This document shows, one piece after another, positions 1-13,788 of a DNA stretch of 54,955 nucleotides. This stretch comes from Catajapyx aquilonaris. Its lineage: Eukaryota. Each line of letters begins with the position of its first letter. The first letter of the stretch is position 1. Both the position numbers and the translations under genes were made by a program. Below the pieces are notes generated by a model. That model was not told the origin of the DNA. It did no database searches and saw nothing but the letters and a program-made list of their open reading frames with translations. The stretch spans positions 1-54,955 of the forward strand of contig KZ538674.1 in NCBI GenBank assembly GCA_000934665.2. Direction: 5' to 3'.

Positions 1-237
1 CACAGACTCCGTTTCATCTTGTCCACACGTGTCATGTCCTACCTGCCCTCTAAAAAAAATCAGGCCTTTAGGGCAGGTACAGTATACCCGAAAAGGTCAG
101 TGATTTCGATGAAAATGAGGGGGGGAAAGTTGCCAATAGTCGGGCAGGAAAACATGGTCACGGGTAGGTTAACCTATTGTTCACATGTTTGGGCTGCCCA
201 TTGTTTCCTTTGTGTTGGTATTTATTATTGTACTGTA

Positions 238-501
238 CAGTGTTGGAGGGTCATACTGCTAGCGACATTTTTCGATGCGGAAGATGTGCGAATCGAAGTG
301 ATAGAGGGTGGGCCGTGCGAATAAGAAGAGGTAGGCCTTGGGTGACGTCACTGGCTGGGGGGGGGGGCAATGGAGAAAAAGTCTTGTTCCCAGCCAGTGA
401 CGTCACTCAAGGCCTACTATTTCTTTCTCGCGTGGCTCGGTGCACGTCTGTCGCATCGAAAAATGTCGCTAGCAGTACGACGCGATTAATGTCCAACACT
501 G
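238..501. mobile_element. Palindromic MITE family A, copy 1 (Tc1/mariner/pogo-like, TA TSD)
   Basis: Begins TA|CAGTGTTGGA and ends TCCAACACTG|TA. Nearly the whole element is an imperfect inverted repeat (GCTAGCGACATTTTTCGATGCG / CGCATCGAAAAATGTCGCTAGC; GTAGGCCTTGGGTGACGTCACTGGCTGGG / CCCAGCCAGTGACGTCACTCAAGGCCTAC). Homologous to copies at 2573, 21495 and 48527. Superfamily is inferred only from the TA TSD and CAGT terminus. Confidence 0.9.
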
Positions 502-2019
502 TACTGTACATATGGGAGAGTCGTTTGAAGATTGTGCAGCACACAGTGTTTTGTTTATAACAGTTGAAGTCATTGGGTTAGACGCTACTGGATTAGAGCG
601 AAAGAAGATTGGCTGAACCGTATCCAGTCAGCGATTGGCTGTACCGTTGCGTCGTCCAATCAGCGTCGGGATAATCCCTCAGGTCGTTACTTCTGCAACA
701 CTTTCTAGGGTCAATTCTCCGTGGAATCTTGGCAACCAGCGTCGCTTATGCGGTAATAATCGGGAAGAGCCTGAGGTTGCAAACATGACATGTTAATTGG
801 GGGGAGGGAGGATGGAAAAGCGGGGAGGAATGGGAGGTAGGGGAAGGTTGCGGTGGCTTTAAGTAGTCAGGATCTCCGGGCTTTTCTCTCTAGCTGCCGG
901 AGACGGAAAATAGAATTGGGACGCTGGATAAGTTACTTAGTTTAATTGCTAATGTAAAGAGGCGGGGATGCTATAAAAGCTTTAGACGCTGCGTAATCAA
1001 ATTCAGAACGTTTCATTATGTCACAGTCACCTGAAAAGTTTGAGGGGAGTTGCAGCATCAGCGGCCTACGATTCAACGAAAAAAGGTTAGTAGGAAGAGG
1101 GGGTTGTGCAAACTAATTTTTTGAACAAACATTACCTAGCATGTACTGAGAGAAGACGTTTTTTTTGGGAGGACACTAGAGATAGAGGACGCCGTTTTTT
1201 TCTTCTTCAGGTTTTTCCTTTGCCTTTCTAGAAGAAACTCATGAGGAATGGGCTTTAGATCGAGAATCCCTGGGAGAGTGGGCCGTATTCCAAAGTCCAC
1301 ATAGGGTCCAAGAGAGCTCTCTTTTGCTCTAAAAGGATAGGATGTGGGGGGTGGCCAGGGGATAAGACGCGCTTAAAGTGAAATCCGGTTTCTAGTTGAT
1401 TGGGAAGACTTTCTACGGGTAATGGATGTACCTCTCCCCCGATTTCTCAATTCGGATATATTTTGGTCAAGCACCTTTTAGTGCTTTCTTCCTGTTCGCT
1501 GGAGAGTTCACTACCGGTGAGTCAGAACGACTTTTCACCTCGTAACAGAGGATTATTTTTACTCTGGACAATGCATACTATTACGCTGAATATTTTCGTA
1601 CCTGTTTATTTTCATATAATTTCTCTCTCATCAACTGGAAAACCCATTCTTTTGTATTATTCTTTGTGCCCGGATTTTTAAGCCGGAATATAGGGACTGT
1701 AGACGAAAAGGCGATGGCTTCCCCCTTGGCTTTTTGGGGGTAAAATTTTAATTAAATTTCGGTGAGGCCTCTAGTACCCCCAGGACCATTGGAACCGCCA
1801 GCTGTTGGAGCGGAATGAAGAGGGAAAGGGGCAGAATGTGGCCGCAGTCTCGGTACCACACGACCAAACCACGAGCCGCCATTTTTGCTTCCACCAAAAC
1901 ACGTGCATTTGGCAGACTCTGTACGGTTGGAAAGTGATCATGCTTCTCTGAGAAACACGCATCGGATTTCACACTGTTGGCCCTGGGGGAAAGTCTGATT
2001 AGTCTACGGGCCTCCCATA

Positions 2020-2048
2020 TACGGGGGTTGCCCCGGGCAACCCCCGTA
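2020..2048. repeat. Perfect GC-rich palindrome with 14-bp arms
   Basis: TACGGGGGTTGCCC-C-GGGCAACCCCCGTA. Confidence 0.8.
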
Positions 2049-2572
2049 CTTCGATCTGTAGTCTACTCATCCAATAAACAGGGTAAAACGGAATTTATAT
2101 GGCCCTCCTTGTACGGGGGATTCTGCAGAAGGCAGAGGGGGGTATTTTTTGTGCAGTGGGGGGCTATGGAAATTCCTAACCCCGCTCCGTTTCCTAGAAA
2201 AAGTGCATGTCCAATGAGGCTTCTGCTATCAAAGGAAAGGAGAGTTTAGTTCCATTCAATTGGGCAATTGGAGGGTGATTCGATTTGGGTGTCGTTTCTT
2301 GGCCTTGCAGAATGTTTGTGCAGCCAGGAGCTATTGCCGGGTTTGTACAATGATGGGCTTAAAATTAGGTGTGCAATTGAAAGTACATGCTGTTGTTGTT
2401 TCAGCAATTTCCCATACTCTTTGTGTCATGTGCCTTTTACTTTGTTATGTCCTGGCTGAACATGCTGCATCATTTTGAGTGTTATTCTACACAATATCTT
2501 ATAGGCCCAACACACACACACACAGTTCAAGAGAGGTGTGGATAAGTTGTTTATCATAGCAAATGGTTTGTA

Positions 2573-2847
2573 CAGTGCTGGACATTAATTCCGTCATACT
2601 TCTAGCGACATTTTCCCATGCGACAGACGTGCAAATCGAAGTGCGAGCTGTGCGAGTAAGAAATGGTAGCCCTTGGGTGACGTCACTGGCTGGGGATAAG
2701 CCTTTTCTCCATTGCCCCCCAGCCGATGACGTCACTCAAGGCCTACCTCTTCTTACTCGCGCGGCTCACACTCTATCACTTCGATTTGCACTTCTGCTGC
2801 TTCAGAAAATGTCGCAAGCAGTATGACGCGATTAATGTCCAGCACTG
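2573..2847. mobile_element. Palindromic MITE family A, copy 2 (opposite orientation to copies 1, 3, 4)
   Basis: TA|CAGTGCTGGACATTAAT ... ATTAATGTCCAGCACTG|TA gives a perfect 17-bp TIR and TA TSD within a TGTACA target. The central loop GGGGATAAGCCTTTTCTCCATTGCCCCC is the reverse complement of the loop in copies 1 and 3. Confidence 0.93.
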
Positions 2848-3215
2848 TACAGGATGTGCCAGAACTGAGTGGATTTGGGCAATGCACTGCAATCAGTTGA
2901 CAGTCAGCGGTTATTCACACGTCTGCAACATTTTGGAAATAAATTACCACATCTGTCTTGCACTTACCCTATTTTGCACTCGCCTTCGTGACACTTCCGA
3001 CACACGTTATCCCCACCTGACATCTGCCTAGTGTGTACTAAATTAAGTGTTGGACCTTCCGATGTGCCAGTTGTAATCGATATCTGTCCGACTAATACTT
3101 GATCATGACAAAGTGCCGGGGGTCCACGTCCCGCTGGAGGGTCGTTACCTGTTGACTTCCAAATCAGCGCCTTCGGGGACTTCTAATTCATGGCAGAGTT
3201 CGTACGATAAAAAAC

Positions 3216-3237
3216 GAAGAAGAAGAAGAAGAAGAAG
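3216..3237 (+). repeat. (GAA)n microsatellite
   Basis: About 7 tandem GAA units. Confidence 0.85.
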
Positions 3238-4824
3238 AGAAAAGAAGGTCTGAGGATCCAGTCAGCTTCAAAAGTATCGATCATTCTTCCAAAACTGACT
3301 TCAGACTGATTTAGAGTGTCCTAATGGTTTTCCTGCAGCTTTTTGGACCTTGGCCCGTATGGACATTCCAGACAGGCCATGGGAAAAACTTTGGTAGGCA
3401 TAATTTCCTTTCGTCTTGGGCACCGTCCAAGAAATGAGTGCATATAGTAGGCGTGGTCAGGGATTCGTCTGACCTAGAATGTTGGAGCGTCTGAGCAAAA
3501 GGACACATTTGAATCAAGTTTAACAAATCAATATGTAGAGGTTAATTGCCCAAAAATTAAAAATTGCCTGAATACATTATATCCATTAATTTGTAAATGA
3601 TGAAAGTTATTGTTTCTGGCATATTAAGAATTTGTATGACCTTATGTGCCTGTACGAGTACTTGAGTTATTTTACTAATGAATGTTTCAGTTTTATGTGC
3701 ATGACATATTTGCCATTTTAATATGATAGTCTTTAGCATATTTTGTTTATGCTAGACCTCCCTCCGGTATAGATCATCATGATAGCAGATCAAATTTATT
3801 GATATTGGGGATGGTGCCATTAGGTTTAGGGTTATCAGACGTGAGGGTTGGATTTTGAAAGCTGTCTTTTTTTTTTCATCGCATCGGTGGTCAGGAATTA
3901 TTAATGTTAGTGTACGGATAAACCTGGTGACTGTGCTACACGGTCCAGTATGCATTAAGCTTATTATGAACTATCCCACTTTGCTGCATTGCAGATCTGT
4001 ATTGGAAAAATACCATGTTCAGCCAATTTTTCGATAAACCGAACTCTGATATGGGGTGGAAATAAGGTTGTGTTATTTAATGGCAAAAACTGGTTCATGA
4101 ATGTACTCGTTTTCACCTTGATAAAGCCTAATTGCAGCACTAACAAGTAAGTGCGCAGTAATAGATGTAGGTCAAGTGCTTTCCAGCCAGAAATTATACT
4201 GAAAACTATGAAGTTACTCCGAAGCTAATTTATTATATCCTCCCCATAGGCGGCATGTATCGATTATCCAGGAAAGTGCCTTCCGCCAGCTTAAATCGAC
4301 AATTATGAAACTGGTTTTACCCGTAAGAACTACCCGTGAAGTATCAAGTTTACAGGTGGCGAAGCTAACTGATGTCATTACCTGCCAGCTAGTTACGTGC
4401 ATCTCCGACTTTTCCAAACTGCCATTTATGATTGCTAGTTAACAAAAGCGTCAATTTCAATTTCACTCTCACAATGAATACGCATAGTTCCATATAATCA
4501 CATGATTGCTCAGCCTTTCTGTACTGGGTGTCTGGTCCATGTGTTTCCCAGTCTCTGTAACACCCGTTAGTAAATTCAGGGTACAAATCCGAGAGAGTTT
4601 CACGGACTTCATCAGTGCCGGAAATGTCGACTCCCAGATCACGTCCGGCACTTGAATTACAATACCACTCGACATCTGTATCAGGATCCCCTGGAGATCA
4701 TTTGTGAGGCTGTGCAAGTGGCTGCCAGGGCGAGTTCATGAAAATAAATAAGGCTCCATTGCATAACGGGGAGGTGCTGTATAAGGCTTGTGGTGGACGA
4801 AAGTTTGGGGGGGGGGGGGGGGGG

Positions 4825-5200
4825 NNNNNNNNNNNNNNNNNNNNNNNNNNNNNNNNNNNNNNNNNNNNNNNNNNNNNNNNNNNNNNNNNNNNNNNNNNNN
4901 NNNNNNNNNNNNNNNNNNNNNNNNNNNNNNNNNNNNNNNNNNNNNNNNNNNNNNNNNNNNNNNNNNNNNNNNNNNNNNNNNNNNNNNNNNNNNNNNNNNN
5001 NNNNNNNNNNNNNNNNNNNNNNNNNNNNNNNNNNNNNNNNNNNNNNNNNNNNNNNNNNNNNNNNNNNNNNNNNNNNNNNNNNNNNNNNNNNNNNNNNNNN
5101 NNNNNNNNNNNNNNNNNNNNNNNNNNNNNNNNNNNNNNNNNNNNNNNNNNNNNNNNNNNNNNNNNNNNNNNNNNNNNNNNNNNNNNNNNNNNNNNNNNNN
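4825..5200. other. Assembly gap (376 N) flanked by a G18 run and a C16 run
   Basis: N run; G tract at 4807-4824, C tract at 5201-5216. Confidence 0.99.
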
Positions 5201-6792
5201 CCCCCCCCCCCCCCCCAACCTCCTCTCCCATCAGCTCCCACCATTTTTTTTCTTTGGTTCCGGATTAAGTTTTTTTGCGAAAATATTTGAGGAAGAACTT
5301 GAGGCTTCGCCTTTATTAAAATGTCAGTAGCGATCAATTTGTTCCAATTAGTCTGGTTGGTGCAGTATTTGAATCAAAGGCTGGCTGTTCTGGAGGTAAT
5401 AGGAGCTTGAAAATTATTGTACTGCATTATGTTGAAAGAGGAAAAAAAAATCGTTAATTGTACAGGACATGTATTGGGACATGCACTAGAGAGCCTGAAT
5501 TGTAGAGTACTGAAAGCACTATAAATAAACCATTCCAGCCTGGAAATGTACATGGCGTTAAACCCTCCTCCTATTGGCATTTTTGTCATGTAAAAGGGCC
5601 ATACATGCATTACATGAATGGTCATTGGGATTTTTTTTAAAGCACTGCAATGTATTGTAAAGTTCACTTTAAAAAGATCGATATGCACAGTACGAAATAT
5701 AGAGTATGATCTAAATGCAGATTTTCCAGTAATATTCAAGCAATGTAACTAACGCACGCTCTTAATTAAACCAGGTTGAACCCTCCCAATGGCTATAAGA
5801 CCCCCCCAAACCCACCTTTCTGCCAATTTCACGAGCGTCTAGGTTCATGCTACATCCGTATAGGAACATAAATTAACCAGCCAGTAGTCCGCACTCTAAT
5901 TACTAGCGCACTTAACGTTCATTTTAAGGAGCCATCGGTTTCGCCCAGGAATTCGAATTCAGCTACTGCTATTAGCCCTGTTATAGAAAGACGATAGTGA
6001 AACTCACCGTGTGTGTTTTTTTATTTGGGTCGTAAAGCAGGCTCATAACGTACTTGCTCAGCTGGCCATTAGAAATGAGCGAATGAGTCTACATTCCTGG
6101 CCCTTTTTTTGGTTTGAAAAAAAGGGGGCGATAGCTGTTATACAGCTTGCCTATACTAGGAAAAGAAAAACGACGTTCCATCCAATATCCGACGTGAGGT
6201 GGAAGTTTGGGATAAATCCCTCCAGGCAACCAGAAAGGTGGGATAGGAAGAGAGAAGAGAGGGCTTTCCTACCAAAAAATGAGAACAAGTTCGATTTTTT
6301 TTTTTTTTGTTGAAGGTTTTCATACTTCTCTAGCCCTTTATTGTTCCGCAGGTTATCTGCAGTTATTGAAAAACAATGGTGCTTGAGTGTGGTGGGTGTT
6401 GGAAGTATATAGGACATAGTGAGTGAAAAACTATACAAACGAAATTTTGTGCAGGTCGGATCAAAATGAACAATTTTGCATATTGTGCGTCCCCTTGATT
6501 TTATCTGCTTTTTTTGAATGAATGACATTCGCAAACAAATGGGTAGCGTAATCCGTTGAGTTTAATCTGTGACAATACAATGCGGAATTCATTGATTTTG
6601 CTGTCCACCGGTTTGTATTGCTCCATATAAATTGCGGTGGAGTGCATCATACACCTTACTGGATGTAATTGCAGGACATTTTTTCCCCCGTAATTAAAAC
6701 GGCGGTCAGTGACACTGCTCTAAACCTGACCTCGCTCTATACAGAGAACGGATGAAAAGAGCTTGAAAAATTCGAGTGAAGTATGAGAGTTG

Positions 6793-6902
6793 GGGGGAGG
6801 GGGGGGGGGAAACTAGCTCTCACAATACTATATTTGAAGCAACGCTCGCGTGCATGCGGGTCGGTCACAGAACCATAAATTAATTTCCCCCCCCCCTCCC
6901 CC
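6793..6902. repeat. Inverted repeat built from G/C tracts
   Basis: GGGGG-A-G11-AAACTA (6793-6815) versus TAATTT-C10-T-CCCCC (6881-6902), about 65-bp spacer. Confidence 0.6.
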
Positions 6903-9099
6903 TTCTGAAAATGACCCAAGTGCGTGCCTATCTATTTTTCTCCCTTCTATACTATTTTTTTGTGGGAGGTGTGTGATTCTACTGTCCTTGTCGGATCTAA
7001 TGGATATTTTATTGGTTGCCCCCGAAAAAAGTGGGGAGATAATTGTTGCTCCCACAAATATTTTGGGCAGATAGGACAGGATTTTTGTGAGTACGCCCCC
7101 CTTCGAATGGAATATCTAATCGGTTGTCAAAAGCACGCGATCTAGCGATGAGTCTCCGAGTGATCAGTGTGAGTGGCCTGAATAGTTTTTTTTGGCGCTG
7201 AGTTGTCCAGTGACGTCATATCCGGATGCTATTTTCTGGCGCCATGACAGATGTTTATGGCAGATACGAAACTTGGGAAAGAATCGTGGGTAAAGGCAGA
7301 AAATAGGAATAGGATCATGTGAGACTGTGATCCTAGTTCGATCCCAATCCTTAGGATTTCCATGCTCATTTGTGATGGGTTAGAACCCTCTTCTACTCAA
7401 TCTATGCACCATTGAGCTAAGTAGTTCCTATCCAATCGCTTCTAGTATCAGGATAATTGGTGCAGGGCCATTATGGTCGGATCGCCGTACCTCTGACACA
7501 GTATCAGGAAAAGGAACAGTGCAGCAAAAGACCACAGTGAAAATATAACGATTGTGGTAGAAAATAACTGTGAAGTAGAAGAATGCGAAAAACAACGGTT
7601 TTTTTTTCAGCTCTAAAAATTCAAAATTGAAAAGAATTGTTCCTCGATATCTACCTATATATAGTCCACTTTGTATTTTCTGCCTCGAATCGGGATTAAA
7701 AAACTGAGTTCTTTTTTATTTGAAAAGTTTTGCTAGAATCTTCCGTGAAAATTATTTGCAGAAGGCAGGTTAGTGAAGCGTTTCTCGGATCGTAATTAAT
7801 TCTTGGTTGATTGAGCAGGAAATAATGAAATGAAAACGAAGCTTGTGTATATTAGTTCGAGTGCGAATCCTTACTGCGCAAAATGGCCGCTCCAGAGTTT
7901 TTTTTTTTTTTAAAAAAAAGGGAATAATAAGGAAATGTAAGTAATGGTACCGCATTTTGTGAACTTTGTTTTTTCTCATTTCGTACTTCATAATTAGTCT
8001 TGATAAACCTGTGTGGAAGAGCAAGAAGAAAGTTGGGAAAATAACATGTACAGAGAAGAGCAATTTCTTTACTTACTTCAACTGAGTTATAGTAGAAAGG
8101 AATGGANCCCCCCCCCAAAAAAAAATACCCACTTTTTTATTTGCTGGAAGGGAATGTGGAGCTGGAAAAGTTGAAAGAGGCAGAAAACTTTTCGTCAATA
8201 TCGGTCCCAGAGTTGTGGGAATGTGTGGCTGTAAAGAGGGACCGAAAAGGTGGGGTTTTTGCGGTGCAGCAAGTTATATGATCTTGTTTTTTACTGACGA
8301 GGTTTGCATGACAGCCTTGCCTCAAAATTCCTTGATAATTACATTTTCTTTATTGGAGAGTAAGTTCGAAAACTTAATTTTGTACCCCAAGAATTCCTTC
8401 TCGAGTACTGTTGACCTAGATGTATAACTTTGTCTGTGATATTATCGGAAGAAAACATGTCTCCAAAATTGCATTACTAATTACACAAAAAAAAGCCTGT
8501 CGATATGCAGTTGTTACATGGAGCAGTCCTGACACTTGAAACATGTTTATTTAGTCCCAGACAGGGTTTTAGAGCAGACCGCATCAAGGCTTGCAGAAAC
8601 GGCCTCCTAATGCTTCTGTACACAAATTCCCCATCGAGTAATTCGAAGGAGTTTATGGAGGGAAGTAATCTTGCAACGGAAGCCAAACATGAGAGCCGAA
8701 GAGGCCTGTGTATAAGGCGAGAGGAGACTTAGATGGCTTGTGGGTCTGATTCCTTCTCAGACCCAATTAGGTACCTGAAATTTGGGTCTGAAAAAAAAGA
8801 GGAACCTAGGCTTGTTTTGCACATCCCGGAAGGTTTCAGGACATTTATTGTGACTTGTTTGTGGAAGGGAAAGCACAGGGTTAAAGCTGTTTGCTGTCTG
8901 TATTTATAGGAGTTGTTTTGAACATTCGCGCCTAATTAAGGATATGTTCATTGATTTTATGTGAAAGTAATTTGAGGTAGTGGGGGTTTACTACCTAAAG
9001 GCTGTTTCGGGTCCTGTAGTTTCTATATATAGTTACAGACCTCATTGGGAGGTAATGCCTTGACTGAATTGCGCTGAGACTTGGTGCCCGATGTATATA

Positions 9100-9224
9100 C
9101 TATGGGGCTCAAATTGGTTTGGCCATTTTATCCTGATCTTGAAGCAACCCTTCGCACAGAGGATGTGTGTGAAGGGTTACTTCAAGATCAGGATAAAGCG
9201 GCCAAAACAATTTGAGCCCCATAG
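9100..9224. mobile_element. Palindromic MITE (family B), TA-flanked
   Basis: TA|CTATGGGGCTCAAATTG...ATCCTGATCTTGAAGCAACCCTTCGCACA, short loop, then TGTGTGAAGGGTTACTTCAAGATCAGGAT...CAATTTGAGCCCCATAG|TA; about 60-bp arms. Confidence 0.82.
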
Positions 9225-10403
9225 TACGTATCTACACCATTTGAATTGGTTGAATCGCATACTACCTGCCACGAATATTCTGTGGTTATTTTGAAAAAAC
9301 ACCGTACTTTTTCGAACCTATGTTTGGCTAATTTAAGCAGTTCAGTCACTATGTTTATAGAGGAGGTGTAGGATGACAGTTTAATGTGCTTAATTTTCTA
9401 TAACACGCAAACTTTTGGCGTTTTTCATAAGGCCGCTTCCTCAATCTGAGCTCTTTAAAAATCACTTTTAAAGGATTCGTGCGAGCCTCCCCCTCCGTTC
9501 GAGAGAGTCGAAGAAGAAATATGGGACTTTCGCTGCTGTGAATATAAGGAATGGGGAAAATTGCAGGAGAGATTCCCCCCATAAGGCCCTTTGGAGTACG
9601 TGTGGACGTTACAAACATGCAATATCTGGACCGGTCGCGAAGGGCAAAATTACATTGGAATTTTTCTCCTGGCTGCCAAGAAAGAAACGACTTTATAAAC
9701 TAGTTTCAATCTTCAGTGAAGTAAAAAAAAAACTGTTGTCTGATTAGAATTTATTGCCAATATTCCAGAGGTTTAATACGCTAAATGGCGTTCCCCGGAT
9801 ATTAAAAAAAGGGGAGGGAAAAGTGTGAAATTACCAGTTTTTCACATAACATGGCGGCTAGGTGTAAACTTCCCCACGAAGGTTATGAATTTCCAGTTAT
9901 TTTTTGGCCCACGGCTTCAGTTTAAGGGCGTTAATTTATGGATAATTCGTAGCTCCTCTTGATTAATTTTTTTAAAAATAAGCCATTGGGAGTCAAGGCT
10001 TATATGTAAATGTGTAAATGAGCAGTCAACTGAATATAGTGGCATGCGGTAATGTGGTGGTGAAAGTGTACGTAGTGTTGGGAATGGAATTGCGTGTTAC
10101 AGTACACTCTGCTTATGTAAATATGAAATCAAGTGGGTAACTTGGAGTCACATAATACAGTATTTCGTTATTTGCTTATACTGATTTGGCAACAGCCTGC
10201 GGTATCCACTGGGATTTGCTGTACAGCCACGGATGTCGACTGTTAAAATATAGTTAAAATATATGTGTTCTTTGTGGGATATGCTGGCTGGGATTTGAAT
10301 GTGTAGAGTGTAGATCCTAATTAACTGGTGCATACAATTAGACATCAGGAAGTGTATTGAATTTCCATGAATATTGAGGCGACTGTTTTCATGGTTTTTG
10401 TGA

Positions 10404-10480
10404 TACTAAAAATGCATTTTTATTCTTTGCAGGTAAGCTGCTGACGAACATGTACCGATTCCTGGTCATACAATGTAAGT
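10404..10480 (+). promoter_or_regulatory. Candidate recursive splice site (AG|GT at 10432/10433) with 42-nt exon-like segment 10433-10474 and downstream GTAAGT donor
   Basis: TACTAAA branch-like motif (10404-10410), TTTTTATTCTTTGCAG acceptor immediately followed by GTAAGC, and a second donor CAAT|GTAAGT at 10475. Confidence 0.6.
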
Positions 10481-13400
10481 TTAAGAATGGAACTATTTGA
10501 AAGCCTCCATATCTACATAATTTGCAAGGAGATGAACAATGGATGAATTCTGGCTGAGGATAATAAATGCAGCGTTGTACTAGAAATGGGCCTGAGGCTT
10601 ATCGGTATTCATAGCTTGCGAAACTCAATATGATGAGTATTTAATTTCAATGCGGGTTTTTTATTGCTACTGGCGGAGGCTGGATGACAGTCGAACATGT
10701 ATTCGCCTGCTGGGCAATTTTTTCGGAATTTAGTATACATATGTGTAGGTATTTAATATGGTCAGTACAAACGTGAAGTTAGGCCGCTGTGAAACACTGC
10801 TTCTCAGTACATACATGGCTATATCGCAGACGATAGTGACCTGATATATGTGGTATGTCAGAGACTGTGTAATTATCAATTATTAGGATATCGAAACGAT
10901 CCTTCATGAATGTCGCAGTATTCCGACCAGCTGTGTTTGTGCATCCAGTGAGAAGTACTGATTTATTTATTACTGTCCATAAATATTGCTGTTGCTCGTA
11001 TTTGGTGTGTGCGTTATTTGCCAACTCTCTCCGGTCAATCCAAATTGTTTCGGGGGGACCCTTCTGAAAATCACCCTGCCCTGAGGAAATTGCAATTAAA
11101 TTTATGGCATTACCGATCAGTGTCACAAATGGCTGCGGTTCCTATACCTTCCGAATTTGCTACACCCTGTTTGGTGATATAACGCGACAGCTTTATGATG
11201 ATTGATTATTCAATGTCACGCTGGATTACACAGCTACAAGTTGAATTTGCTGAATAATGGTTTTTACCACGAAACGATGAGTTACTGATGAGCTTGGAAG
11301 CGGAGGGAAATAAATTAGTCTTCAAAGAGCAGGTCGTGATTTGCCGAATTTTGAATTCCTCCGCTTATTTGGAGCCGTTTAGTCTGGTCCAATTGGCAAA
11401 AGAAAGTGAGCTTGAGCTCGATTGTTATTTGGATCGGAATTGTCAATTTGGTGTAATTGTGTATTAGCATTGATGGGCCGTCGATCTTCTGTGTTTGTAT
11501 TGGAAAATGTTCTGCGGTTTGCGTATCGTGTAATGTTTAATTCAGTACAAACAAACGGCGTTCCCGGCAGGCATCAACACTAGCGACGCTCTGCCGGCCG
11601 TAATGTGAAGCTGGATCGCGCCGCAGAAAACATTCCCTCCACAATATTGTGGTTAAGTCTACCCCTTGGGAACCGATGGAGTCGGAACGCGAACCTTCAG
11701 ACACGCAATTGTTTCCACTCCCAGGACTCAACCTGGATTTCCGAGACGGGATATATAGGAACCACCGGGTTAGATCCTGGAGATGAAGGTGTCCTCCCTT
11801 CCCCGTGTTGCGAAAACGTGACCATGAGGACCTGGAAATGGCCTGCCAAGCTGGCCAAACAAGACTTCGGTCGATAAGTGCGATGGAATTCTACCCAACC
11901 CTTGTGCCTCTCACACATTTCTACCACGGAAATCTGCCCAACAATCCCTGTTGTCAGAATTATTCTGAAACACCCTGTGAAATTTCAGCCCTTTGTTGGG
12001 GTATGTATATAGGATGACCCATCCTATAGCTTGGCCAAAGTTTCCGATGGCCTGAGGAGTCTCACTGTAGCTTTTTCATTCGCTTGTCAATATAATTAAG
12101 CGGAAAGGAAAGCTATCAGGTGTTGAATGGAGCATTTGGAGAGAGAGAGGATGGTTAGATAGAAGAAAAAGGGGGCGATGAGTTTTCCCAGAATGCCGAA
12201 AGCTATACCCCCTCCTGTTGGCTTGCGAAAAGGATTGATCAGGAGAAGTTACGGGGCTTATACGGGGAAAATGTTTTAGGGATTTTTTTTTTTTCTCTCT
12301 TCGTTGCTTCCAACCGGGTTCTTTTCTTTTAGGGGTAGTTACACGGTATACTCCAGACTTGAATCAATTTTGGGCTGGTTCATACAACTCCTGTTGCCTC
12401 AGGTGTTTTGAGGGGATGTAAATGGGTTGTTGAAACTGTCATGTTAAGTTTGGATGTAAGGGGAGTCAACTGTAGCTGGCAAACTGTATACGAGCAATTA
12501 TGCAGCGGCACAACGACCCATAAGGTACTTCATACAGTACACTTAACCCAGATATGGAAAGACATTTGTGGGCAGCACCACTGACATTATGTCACGGGGT
12601 GAGCATCATTTTGAAGATGCTATACTGCATAAGGCTTGTAGTGCCGGAAAGTTATGGGGCGCACAGTTTGCTGATGATGCTGCGGGGTTATTATGATCAA
12701 ATGGGGGGTACTCTGCAGCATACGGATGGCGATGATTAGGGAAGTTATCTGCACCATTACCTACACTGCTGGTCCCAAATAGAAATGCATGAAACTGGAC
12801 TGGGCACAACTATTTTGGTGGGGAAGGACACACCTCATCATAATATTGCGGCTAATGCGGGTTTGTGCAGGAAAGTAATCGCATCATATGTCCCCAAGTT
12901 GCTTTTCGAACGATGTTCAGTTTTTCTTGAATGGTATATGATTATTGATCTGATGTGAGGTACAATGGCCGCTGTTGGGTGGGATCTAGGGGTGAACAAA
13001 CTTTTGTGCAACTGTGAGATTATGGTGTCCGGTGTCCTTTAAACTTTCGGATAAGTCATGACGCTTTGCCACTTAGATCGTCAGCTTGGCACCTACTCCA
13101 AACTTAAGAAAACTGGTGAGCTTGTGATATCTCAATTTGGCATGAACGCCTGTCGTCGGGACGCCTGCTGATATGACCCTACTTTTTTTTGGAGGAATCC
13201 CTGACAGAGAGTTCAGGATGAGCAATGGTCTGGCTATTCATCCCTAGGGGCATGCAACCCAGTTTTATTTGGGCTTCTGGACTCTTATCAGAAGCCTGAC
13301 TTCCCCTTTTTTGACGCATCAAAGTGGACGTTTGTCATCCTGGAGCGACGAAGGAGTTTGAACACACAAAAAAAGCTGGTAAAAAATAGTCATTCTCGCC

Positions 13401-13788
13401 TTTCAACGTTTTTTTCCAGCCTCGTGTCGGTACTTCCATTGTCACTTCAAATGACGACAACTGTCCAATCAATTACAGGGTAACGAATTTTCGGGCTGCA
13501 GCCCCCGCCATGCTCCATTATGCAAAAATCTTTCCCCCCAGATTCTTCCCCTCCATTCCTTCCCCCCCNCATACCTTTTTCTCTAACACTGAAAACTGGA
13601 AAAAAAAGTCTTGATGGCGGAAAGCCTCAATTTGCAGTTCAAAGTACAGGATATGCGAATTCACGAACGAAAAAATATATAGCGCAGCCTAATTAGAGGA
13701 ACTAGAATATTGATTGTCGCCTAAAGAAAATGTCCAGGAGGTTGATCCACTAATTAGAAATTCCATGCTGAGGTGCATAATGGATATA

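Noticed and set aside
231..508. 7-bp TSD TACTGTA around MITE copy 1
   Set aside because: Copies 2 and 3 show only TA duplication; the longer match reflects a locally repetitive TGTAC target.
606..665. CCAAT-box cluster (GATTGGCTG twice, CCAATCAGC) as a promoter
   Set aside because: No supporting TSS or exon; such motifs are common inside repeats in this window.
4593..4635. Hammerhead-ribozyme-like core on the minus strand (GGGAGTC...CTGATGA...GAAACTCTC)
   Set aside because: Stem III could pair, but stems I and II do not form; treated as chance. An Infernal/RNAmotif search would settle it.
4681..5337. 160-218 aa ORFs across the gap
   Set aside because: Artefacts of translating N and G/C runs.
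10779..11126. ORF segment FQKGPPETIWIDRRELANN resembling an integrase core motif
   Set aside because: Only a loose short resemblance; no other DDE motifs or retroelement context.
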